From Nitrospirota bacterium (GTDB lineage Bacteria > Nitrospirota > Thermodesulfovibrionia > Thermodesulfovibrionales > JdFR-85): DNA of 32,431 nt. Within the stretch, counting starts at the first letter, position 1, and every line of letters begins with the position of its first letter. Of the stretch, positions 1 to 7,244 are shown piece after piece. The stretch lies in NCBI GenBank assembly GCA_015485235.1, contig WFTX01000234.1, positions 1 to 32,431 of the forward strand. The letters are read 5' to 3'. The translations under genes were made by a program, and so were the position numbers. Below the pieces are notes generated by a model that was not told the origin of the DNA, made no database searches, and saw only the letters and a program-made list of their open reading frames with translations.

Positions 1-179
1 CATATCCGCTGGGCAAAATACCAGGCATCCCTTGGATCACGTCCCTTGAGGATGATCTCAATCCCCCTGAACATGGTGCTGGATGACCAGGCATCGACAA
101 CCTTTCCACCCTCCACCTTGGCTTCAATCCTGAGGTGACCCTCGATTCTCGTGACTGGATCAACTACTATCTTTGCCAT
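1..179 (-). CDS. [NiFe]-hydrogenase large (catalytic) subunit, N-terminal fragment; the gene continues past the left edge
   Basis: Reverse complement from the ATG at 179-177 reads [59 protein letters not shown]. This is the conserved DPVTRIEGH...[15 protein letters not shown] N-terminus of NiFe large subunits. A GGAGGTG ribosome-binding site lies about 7 nt upstream, and the gene sits immediately downstream of the small subunit. Confidence 0.9.
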   Translation of the reverse strand, partial: MAKIVVDPVTRIEGHLRIEAKVEGGKVVDAWSSSTMFRGIEIILKGRDPRDAWYFAQRI

Positions 180-232
180 CTGTTTTCACCTCCAGAAATT
201 TAGTTATTTTTATCTGTAACTTTCTCTCAAGA

Positions 233-1327
233 TCAGTCTTCCTGTTTCCTTCCTCCAGTTGCAAGCCTGCCGATGCCGTGAGCAACAATGGCCGCTCCGG
301 TTATTGCAGCCAGACCGGCGCCAACCTTGTCGGCAGTCTTCTCAATACCAAACCCTGGAGGCTGGGGAAGCCTTCTGTAAAAGGGAGTCATCTTGTCCCA
401 GAATGCAGGCTCGGAACAGCCTACACATCCATGACCTGCGCCGACAGGCCAGTTGACACCCTCATTCCACTTTATCCGTGGACAGTTATGGAAGGTTTCA
501 GGCCCTTTGCAACCCATCTCATAGAGACACCATCCCTGCCTGTGTCCCTCGTCTCCCCACTGGCGGACGAACTGGCCCGCGTCAAAGTGGGCGCGGCGTT
601 CGCAGTTGTCGTGAATCCTCTTGCCGTAAGCAAAGAGGGGACGGCCGAGTTTGTCGAGAAGGGGGAGGGAACCAAAAGTCAGATAATGTACGACCGTGGC
701 AGTGATGTTCTCCACATTCATGGGGCAGCCGGGGAGGTTTACTACAGTGATACCCGGGACTGCCTCGGAAACACCTACGGCACCTGTAGGATTGGGTGCA
801 GCTGCAGGAATACCACCGTAAGCTGCACAGGTTCCCACGGCGATAGTTGCCAGCGCGTTTCCACAGACTTCCTTGACAATATCGACTGCTGTTCTTCCTC
901 CGATACAGCAATATACCCCTCCGTCCTTGAAGGGGATGGAACCTTCGACTACAGCCAAGTACTTCCCCTTCTGATTCTTCACCACATCAGCAAGGGATTT
1001 CTCGGCCTGGTGCCCTGCTGCTGCCATGATAGTCTCATGATACTCGATGTTCAGGACATCAAGCACCAGTTCTTTCACTGTGGGCTTACTTGCCCTGAGA
1101 AGCGATTCGGTGTTTCCTGCGCAGTCCTGGAACTCGAGCCATACAAGGGTAGGCTTGGCCTTCTTCTCCAGGGCCTCCGCCACTTTTGAAGCAAAAGCAG
1201 GCGGGAGCGCAAGGGTGGCAGTCATTATTGAGCAGAACTTCATGAAGTCACGCCGGCTGAATCCCTTCAGCCTCATGGCCTCATAAATAGTTCCGCCCTC
1301 TCCACCATTTCCGTTACTGGAGCCCAT
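233..1327 (-). CDS. [NiFe]-hydrogenase small subunit, Tat-exported, with a C-terminal hydrophobic anchor (group 1 / uptake type)
   Basis: 364 aa. Twin-arginine signal SRRDFMKFCS, then LVWLEFQDCAGNTES, GTCAAYGGIP, NLPGCP, CERRAHFDAG and GCxGPxTxxNCP...GHGCVGCSEP Fe-S ligand motifs. The C-terminal segment is AGLAAITGAAIVAHGIG. Confidence 0.93.
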   Translation of the reverse strand: MGSSNGNGGEGGTIYEAMRLKGFSRRDFMKFCSIMTATLALPPAFASKVAEALEKKAKPTLVWLEFQDCAGNTESLLRASKPTVKELVLDVLNIEYHETIMAAAGHQAEKSLADVVKNQKGKYLAVVEGSIPFKDGGVYCCIGGRTAVDIVKEVCGNALATIAVGTCAAYGGIPAAAPNPTGAVGVSEAVPGITVVNLPGCPMNVENITATVVHYLTFGSLPLLDKLGRPLFAYGKRIHDNCERRAHFDAGQFVRQWGDEGHRQGWCLYEMGCKGPETFHNCPRIKWNEGVNWPVGAGHGCVGCSEPAFWDKMTPFYRRLPQPPGFGIEKTADKVGAGLAAITGAAIVAHGIGRLATGGRKQED

Positions 1328-1412
1328 AGACCCTCCTTTCCTTGGGATAATGTTTTATCTCTCTGCCCGGTCAAGGACCGGGGTATGGAACGCACTATTC
1401 TTTATAGTAAAT

Positions 1413-1441
1413 ATGATAGTGAAATTCATTTGAAAAGTCAA
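1413..1441 (-). promoter_or_regulatory. Candidate sigma-70 promoter for the hydrogenase genes
   Basis: The minus strand reads TTGACT (1441-1436), a 17-nt spacer, then TATCAT (1418-1413). It lies in an AT-rich 318-nt gap about 85 nt upstream of the small-subunit ATG. A 7-bp hairpin CCCGGTC-AAG-GACCGGG (1366-1382) lies in the presumed 5' UTR. Confidence 0.45.
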
Positions 1442-1645
1442 CAAAAAATCCTTTAAAAACGATATGTAAAAAATATCAAAATAAATTAATAAGCAATTTT
1501 AATGCCACTTAAGCATAGGTATGACAGCTATTAGCCCTGCAAGCTTTGAAGCATAATGTGAGATATGGATGTGTAGAATTGTAATGGGACCTGAGGAGGA
1601 ATGTTACAATTCGTTTGAACACCTCCAAGATGGATACCCCTTCTT

Positions 1646-2770
1646 TCAGACTGAAAGAAGTGCCCTCTGGAAAGATTTTTTTATCTCTTCATGAGAGATG
1701 GGGATGTTGGGGACAGGCTCATTGCCGGGAAGGGCGATGATATGAATAAACCTGGGGCCTTTCTTGCGGGAGGAGAGTGCGGCCCTGATCTCGCCCCTTG
1801 CCGAGACCTTAACCACGTTCCCTATACCGAACCCCCTGGCAACGAGGGAGAGGTCGGTGACAGAACCTGCATGGGTTGGCTGGTCTCCAGTGGAACCGTA
1901 ACTTCCATTGTCTATGGCCAGGATTGTGAGGTTGGGAGGACTGAGATGTGCTATGGTGGCAAGCGTGCCGGGATTCATCAGGAGGCTACCGTCGCCGTCA
2001 ATTACAATAACTTCCCTATCTGTTGTGAGTGAGACACCGAGTCCGATCGGTGTAGCCATCCCCATGCTTCCGAGCATGTAGAAATTGGAGTCCTGATGGC
2101 AGAGGTGATAGAGTTCCTTGGAAGGGACACCCAGGTTGGATATCACGATTTTTCCATTCAGTTGGTCTTTTATTATTTCCAGTATCCTGAACCGTCTGTA
2201 ATAGGGCCGTTTTCTCACGGGGTTTAACGGGCCGGGGTGTACAGGCCTTTTGGAGGGGAAGTGAGGGGACGGCTCTTTACAGCCCTCCCAGACCCTGGGG
2301 CTGAGCAGAAAGGCATGGGTAATCTCTTTTCTGAAAATCCTGGGGAGTCCTCTGTGGATCTTTTCGAGGTCTTCCTGTTTTCCAATGGTGGAATATCCTA
2401 TACCGGCTGCCTTCAGTATGCCCTTCAGTGCCTTTCCCATCGGGAGTTGAGCTGCTATCGCCTCCCTGTATATACCCCGGTGACTTATGAAGAGGGGAAG
2501 GGAAAGACGGTAGAATCCCGTAAGGGAGAGGAGGGCGTTAATCATGTTACCGATTCCGGAGGACTGGAGAAAGATTGCAGGACGGGCACCACCCAGGGCT
2601 ATACCTGCAGATATTCCAACACCTTCCTCTTCTCTCGTAAGGGGAATGAATCCCTTCAACCCAGCAAGAACTGAAAAGAGTCCTTTCATCCTGTCACAGG
2701 GCAGTCCCAGGATATAGTCTATCCCTTCCTGCTCAAGGATACCAATCAGTCTTTTTTCAGGTGTCTGCAT
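1646..2770 (-). CDS. comDE: Fused TPP-dependent sulfopyruvate decarboxylase (ComD-like N-half plus ComE-like C-half); the alternative is phosphonopyruvate decarboxylase
   Basis: 374 aa. The N-half (GIDYILGLPCDRMKGLF...EEEGVGISAGIALGG..PAIFLQSSGIGN) is the TPP pyrimidine-binding fold. The C-half carries the TPP diphosphate motif GSMGMATPIGLG...VIDGDGSLLMNPGTLATI...AIDNGSYGSTG. It overlaps the upstream cysteate-synthase-like gene by 25 nt. No PEP mutase is nearby. Confidence 0.7.
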   Translation of the reverse strand: MQTPEKRLIGILEQEGIDYILGLPCDRMKGLFSVLAGLKGFIPLTREEEGVGISAGIALGGARPAIFLQSSGIGNMINALLSLTGFYRLSLPLFISHRGIYREAIAAQLPMGKALKGILKAAGIGYSTIGKQEDLEKIHRGLPRIFRKEITHAFLLSPRVWEGCKEPSPHFPSKRPVHPGPLNPVRKRPYYRRFRILEIIKDQLNGKIVISNLGVPSKELYHLCHQDSNFYMLGSMGMATPIGLGVSLTTDREVIVIDGDGSLLMNPGTLATIAHLSPPNLTILAIDNGSYGSTGDQPTHAGSVTDLSLVARGFGIGNVVKVSARGEIRAALSSRKKGPRFIHIIALPGNEPVPNIPISHEEIKKSFQRALLSV

Positions 2771-4002
2771 AAAAGTTCTTCAATCTCCTCATCTCTGATG
2801 TCCTTGTTGATAAATATGGGGTCGACTATAAATATCCCCTTGTCCTCTTCAAGCCTCTTTTCCCCACCGCCGGTTATATTGAGAAGCACTGTCTCGTCAG
2901 GTTTAACCGTTCCTTCTGAAACAGCGCGCTTCAGTGCTGCCACGGCAACACCTGCCGCAGGAACGATATCAATTCCTTCTGTTTCTTCAAAGAGTTCCAT
3001 AGACTCAAAGACCTCCTCGTTGGTTATACCGTACATTCTACCAGATGTTGCCTTAAGCGCGTCATAGACTCCGCCCGTAGTGGAATAGGGGGGGTACCTG
3101 TTCGAGAGTACCCTTGTCGTTATCTGCCCGATAAGGGCAGGGTCGAGGTCCTCTTCCGCTATCGTCCTGCTTCCCTTTTCCCAGGCCCTGACCATAGGGG
3201 CAAAGGGGACATTCTGGGCGAGATGAAGAACGGGGAGTTTCTCGCCGAACCTTCCGTCTCTGATGAAACGCTCAGCCATCTCCCAGACTCCTATTGCACC
3301 AGTCCCGCTTCCGACTGCCTGGAAGTAATGATCTGGAAGCCTTTTCATCTTGCTGACCGCCTCGAGGAGGACGATCCCGAGGCCGTCCCGTTTCGCAATG
3401 TTTTTTACACCACCCTCAAAGGGCATTCCAAGCACAGTGGCTATCCTCCGGGCAACATCGATGGAATCCGAGTAGTCACCATCCCTGAGTGCAACCGTAG
3501 GTACACGAATTGACTCCACGAGATACCACATCTCAAAAAGACACATTTTTGGCACTACTATAAGAACGGGGTAGTCAGCCATTACTGAGAGATGGGCAAA
3601 GGCCCTTGCCGTGTTTCCGGCAGAGGCTACAACGAGACCGGTCACGCCGTTTTCCCTTGCATTCTGAAGCACCACCGCAGCCTCAAACTCCTTGAACGTG
3701 CATGTCATGATCCCGCCATCCATCTCTGGCCAGTATCCGTTGAAGGCTATGTAAAGGTACTCAAGCCCCAGGCGGGCCCCGAGCGTCTCGGACCTGTATA
3801 CCACAGGCCCAGGTTGCCTGAAGGAACCTTCATGGACAGGGAGCCAGTTGAAACGCCAGATACCGTCATAGTCAGTCTCCCTGAATTGACTTTCTCGATA
3901 CTCCGTCACAAGGAGCGCGTCAATACAGTGTTCACAGAACGCACAATAGGTGTTTTCCAGAACCTTGTTGCATTTTCTGCACCTGATATCAAAGTGACTC
4001 AT
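2746..4002 (-). CDS. Cysteate synthase-like PLP enzyme (threonine-synthase fold)
   Basis: 418 aa. N-terminal Cys-rich ribbon CRKCNKV..YCAFCEHC. The PLP-lysine segment is TCTFKEFEA followed by VVASAGNTARAFA, which differs from the threonine-synthase NPTGSFKDRG signature. A GSGTGAIG glycine loop is present. The gene is translationally linked to the ComDE-like gene, the same pairing described in Methanosarcinales. Confidence 0.6.
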   Translation of the reverse strand: MSHFDIRCRKCNKVLENTYCAFCEHCIDALLVTEYRESQFRETDYDGIWRFNWLPVHEGSFRQPGPVVYRSETLGARLGLEYLYIAFNGYWPEMDGGIMTCTFKEFEAAVVLQNARENGVTGLVVASAGNTARAFAHLSVMADYPVLIVVPKMCLFEMWYLVESIRVPTVALRDGDYSDSIDVARRIATVLGMPFEGGVKNIAKRDGLGIVLLEAVSKMKRLPDHYFQAVGSGTGAIGVWEMAERFIRDGRFGEKLPVLHLAQNVPFAPMVRAWEKGSRTIAEEDLDPALIGQITTRVLSNRYPPYSTTGGVYDALKATSGRMYGITNEEVFESMELFEETEGIDIVPAAGVAVAALKRAVSEGTVKPDETVLLNITGGGEKRLEEDKGIFIVDPIFINKDIRDEEIEELLCRHLKKD

Positions 4003-4021
4003 TTCCTTTGTTCCTTTCCTC

Positions 4022-5221
4022 TCATATTAGTCTGGAGAGCAGCTCCATGATATCAACAATCGGAACCTTGCCTGTATGATCCTTCATTGCCTCGTTAACC
4101 TTCTCGTAACAGGCAGGGCAGCTCAGAACGAGCTTATCAGCACCCTTTTCGCATGCCTCATCTATTGTCAGCCTTCCCATGGCTATTGCATTTTCATGAA
4201 AGATCTTTCTTGCAGCCCCGCCAGCTCCGCAACAGCGGGAGTTCCTCCCATGTCTATCAAATTCCAGTATTTTTGCTCCAGGGATTGCCCTCAGCACTTC
4301 TCTTGGCTCCTCAATCACGCCTACGCCCCTGCTAAGATAGCAGGGGTCATGATATATGATATTCTCGTCAAGTCCATCCACTATCTTTAATTTTCCCTTT
4401 CTTATCGCATCGGCAACATACTGTGTGATATGTACTATCCGGAAGGGCAGGGGGCTTCCATAGAAACGGGGCCAGTCCCTGACCATGAGATTTACACAAC
4501 AGGGACATGAACAGAGGAGTATCCCAACGCCTCTTGAACGGTATGCATCGATTAATCTTTTTACCAGGGACTCAAGCATCTGAAACTGACCCGTTATGAA
4601 GAGGGGGAAACCACAGCAGACTTCGTCCTCAGGTCCGAGCATGGTGAAGGGTTCACCGATAGCTCTGAGGACGAGAAGGTCCCCCTTCACCATCGGTTGG
4701 GCCTGGTACGCCCCTGTACATCCGGCATAGTAGGCAATCTCCGCCTTATTCTTGACGGGAATGCCTTCAGGTATCCAGGGAGAATATCTCTCCGAGGGCG
4801 GCTGGTCGTAGGGGTTACCAGTCCGTCTTATCACTTCGGGCAGGTCGCGCTGGTTCCCTATCGGACCGATTCCCCGTTTCACCATCTCCCTTCGGAGGAG
4901 TGGCCAGAGCCTCTGGGTGTCAATCCCTACAGGACAGATCTCGCCACAGGCACCGCAGGTGGTGCACTCAAAGACCGCCCTTGTGAAGTCCTCGAGGAGT
5001 TTTCTGTCAACTTCTCCGCCAGTAACAAGGGCCTTCAGGCCCTCTGTCCTGTTGATGAACTCCCTGTACATCTTCAACCGCTCCGGTGGTGATATCGCTG
5101 GGTTGTCTGTCACTTCCTGGACAGGACAGACGGAGAGACATTCGCGGCATTCAGTACAGGCCTTTATCTCAAGTATCTCCTTTCTTGAGAGATCCTTTGT
5201 GAAGGGCCTTCTTTCAGTCAT
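4022..5221 (-). CDS. HdrD/DsrK-family Fe-S oxidoreductase (two 4Fe-4S motifs plus two CCG domains)
   Basis: 399 aa. Motifs CTECRECLSVCPV and CTTCGACGEICPV, then CCG-domain motifs VCCGFPLF and RCCGAGG. Its length matches the HdrD type. It overlaps the upstream membrane-protein gene by 8 nt. Confidence 0.85.
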   Translation of the reverse strand: MTERRPFTKDLSRKEILEIKACTECRECLSVCPVQEVTDNPAISPPERLKMYREFINRTEGLKALVTGGEVDRKLLEDFTRAVFECTTCGACGEICPVGIDTQRLWPLLRREMVKRGIGPIGNQRDLPEVIRRTGNPYDQPPSERYSPWIPEGIPVKNKAEIAYYAGCTGAYQAQPMVKGDLLVLRAIGEPFTMLGPEDEVCCGFPLFITGQFQMLESLVKRLIDAYRSRGVGILLCSCPCCVNLMVRDWPRFYGSPLPFRIVHITQYVADAIRKGKLKIVDGLDENIIYHDPCYLSRGVGVIEEPREVLRAIPGAKILEFDRHGRNSRCCGAGGAARKIFHENAIAMGRLTIDEACEKGADKLVLSCPACYEKVNEAMKDHTGKVPIVDIMELLSRLI

Positions 5222-5912
5222 ATGTTGTCTCCCTCCCCGGATAATGAAGCAGTTTCGCTCTTTCTCCCCTTAGTCGTGCAGCGATTATTACGAGGGGGGC
5301 TCCGATAATATGAGAAGGAATATACAACAGAAGCCCGAGAAATAGTAGATAATGGATGATGAAGAGTGTTTCTGGAGGTGGCATAACCGGTCTTAAAGCA
5401 AGAAGGGAGATCATAAAGTGCTTGACTGAGATTATGTCAGGCCTGATCATATACCGCATCAGAACGCCGGTTAGCCCGAGGAAACATATGTGGGTGATCA
5501 GCATGATATTTCTGATAGAGATAAAGTGTTTTCTCTCCCTGTTCATTATCCTTACAAAAAGTATGTAGACAATGGTGAAGGGGAGAAGAATCCCGGCATA
5601 TTTGCCGATACAGACGGTTGTGCTCATCCATGCCGGTGGGGAGTAAAGAATGAACCGCAAGTGTCCGATGAGGGTTAATACAAAGGTGAGATGAAATAGC
5701 CACTCTCCGATCCAGAGGGCCTTGTTTACCTTGAATAGCCGTCCAAGGAAGACGACATCAAGAACTCCTGCAAGGAAAATGCTTAATCTTCCAGCTTCAG
5801 GATGCAGATGGGCCTCCGGAGAGGCCCTGCAGACCAGGATGGCGTTCTGCACCCCCTTGATATATGCTACAAGGAATATGGGGTAGCTGATGTAGGCGAT
5901 GAGAGCCTCCAT
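5214..5912 (-). CDS. Integral membrane di-haem cytochrome b-like subunit (NarI/DsrM/HdrE family)
   Basis: 232 aa with about 5-6 hydrophobic helices. His pairs lie within helices (FHLTFVLTLIGHLR; IIHYLLFLGLLLYIPSHII), as in NarI-type haem b ligation. The gene is translationally coupled to the HdrD-like gene. Confidence 0.65.
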   Translation of the reverse strand: MEALIAYISYPIFLVAYIKGVQNAILVCRASPEAHLHPEAGRLSIFLAGVLDVVFLGRLFKVNKALWIGEWLFHLTFVLTLIGHLRFILYSPPAWMSTTVCIGKYAGILLPFTIVYILFVRIMNRERKHFISIRNIMLITHICFLGLTGVLMRYMIRPDIISVKHFMISLLALRPVMPPPETLFIIHYLLFLGLLLYIPSHIIGAPLVIIAARLRGERAKLLHYPGRETTYD

Positions 5913-5920
5913 TAAAACCC

Positions 5921-6868
5921 TCAGGAGAGCTGGAAGGGACTGTTGAGTGCCTCGTTTCTCATGGCGGACATCAGGGTGTTTTCGAGTAGCATGGCGATGG
6001 TAACAGGGCCCACACCACCGGGGACAGGTGTGATGAATGATGCCTTCTCCTTTACCCCATCAAATTCCACATCACCAACGATCTTCCCGCTCTTCAGAAC
6101 GTTTATGCCAATATCAACTATAACGGCTCCCTCTTTTACCATCTCTCTCGTAATCAGGCCCCTGACACCGGTTGCCGAACATATGATGTCGGCCTGCCGT
6201 GTTATCCTGCCCAGATCGGCTGTCTCCTTGTGGCAGACCGTCACCGTTGCATCCTTGGCAAGAAGCATCATTGAGAGTGGTTTACCTACAGCAAGACTCT
6301 TTCCTATTACTACGGCATGTTTTCCCCTCAGAGGTACGTCATAGTACTCGAGGAGCCTGACAACCCCGTAGGGTGTGCATGGGAGAAAGCCTGTAATGCC
6401 GGAGAGGCGGATGCAAGGATTGCTTTCGGTTTCATTTTTGCTGTCAGACTGAAAGAGCTGGAAAGTTGATTCATCAGCAGATAGCCTCCCGATTGAGAGG
6501 GCGCCGAGGCCGTCAATATCCTTCTCCGGAGAGATCTCGTTTACAACCCGGCGGGCATTAATCCTCGGGGGGAGAGGGAAGAGAACCAGAAGCCCGTTTA
6601 TCCGCTCGTCCCTGTTGATCTGATGGATTGTATTAAGAATTTCATTGATCGAGGCATCCGCAGAAAGTCTGAACTCATGAGTCCGTATCCCCACACGTTT
6701 TGATGCCTTGAGGGTTGATAGGTAATACTGTCTCGACGAGGGGTTGTCTCCAACCAAGAGCAGGGCCAGCCCCACCTCAATCCCTGAATCGTTAAGTCTC
6801 TGTACTTCCGTCCTTACTCTATCCTTTATTTCCTTTGCAAGGGAGATCCCTTCCATCAGGATGGACAT
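5921..6868 (-). CDS. folD: Bifunctional methylene-THF dehydrogenase / methenyl-THF cyclohydrolase, carrying an unusual ~25-aa insertion
   Basis: 315 aa. Motifs LVGDNPSSRQYYLSTLKASKRVGI, EKDIDG, PCTPYGVVRLL, VVIGKSLAVGKPLSMML, VIVDIGIN and ITPVPGGVGPVTIAMLLENT. Confidence 0.9.
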   Translation of the reverse strand: MSILMEGISLAKEIKDRVRTEVQRLNDSGIEVGLALLLVGDNPSSRQYYLSTLKASKRVGIRTHEFRLSADASINEILNTIHQINRDERINGLLVLFPLPPRINARRVVNEISPEKDIDGLGALSIGRLSADESTFQLFQSDSKNETESNPCIRLSGITGFLPCTPYGVVRLLEYYDVPLRGKHAVVIGKSLAVGKPLSMMLLAKDATVTVCHKETADLGRITRQADIICSATGVRGLITREMVKEGAVIVDIGINVLKSGKIVGDVEFDGVKEKASFITPVPGGVGPVTIAMLLENTLMSAMRNEALNSPFQLS

Positions 6869-6926
6869 ACTTTATCCTCCTCCTCTTTCTTGATGTTCAA
6901 CAGGTCTCAGATGAAAAGAAGACTCT

Positions 6927-7241
6927 TTACTTTCTCTCAAAAACTATTTTCACATCTTTGGGAAGGGCAAGTCCAGCCTCAATCTCAAGGGCCTTCAGAA
7001 CAGCGGAAGGTACCGGGCATGAGACATGCCGGAGACAGGCAGAGCCTTCCCTGTAAACGGGGTTGTCCAGAATCCTCTTGAAGACATCCATCATATCCAT
7101 GGTCTGGATTTTCTCACCCAGTTTCTCCACCATTTCACACTCCGACTCAATCCTGAGACTGAACTCCTTCTTCCCTGTCTTCTCAACGGTCACCTTTGTC
7201 ATGAGACCGCAGATGCCGGGGTCTATCTCAGCGATAATCAT
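6927..7241 (-). CDS. Small conserved-looking hypothetical protein with 4 Cys
   Basis: 104 aa. It starts 3 nt after the stop of the RACo-type activase. Cysteines occur in GICGL, ESECE, SACLRHVSCP. I recognise no family. Confidence 0.5.
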   Translation of the reverse strand: MIIAEIDPGICGLMTKVTVEKTGKKEFSLRIESECEMVEKLGEKIQTMDMMDVFKRILDNPVYREGSACLRHVSCPVPSAVLKALEIEAGLALPKDVKIVFERK

Positions 7242-7244
7242 GAG

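Noticed and set aside
173-1189. 338-aa plus-strand ORF covering most of the hydrogenase small-subunit region
   Set aside because: It is antisense to a gene with unmistakable NiFe small-subunit motifs. Its own translation is low-complexity (Ser/Cys/Gly/Val-rich) with no recognisable motif or ribosome-binding site. I treat it as a shadow ORF.
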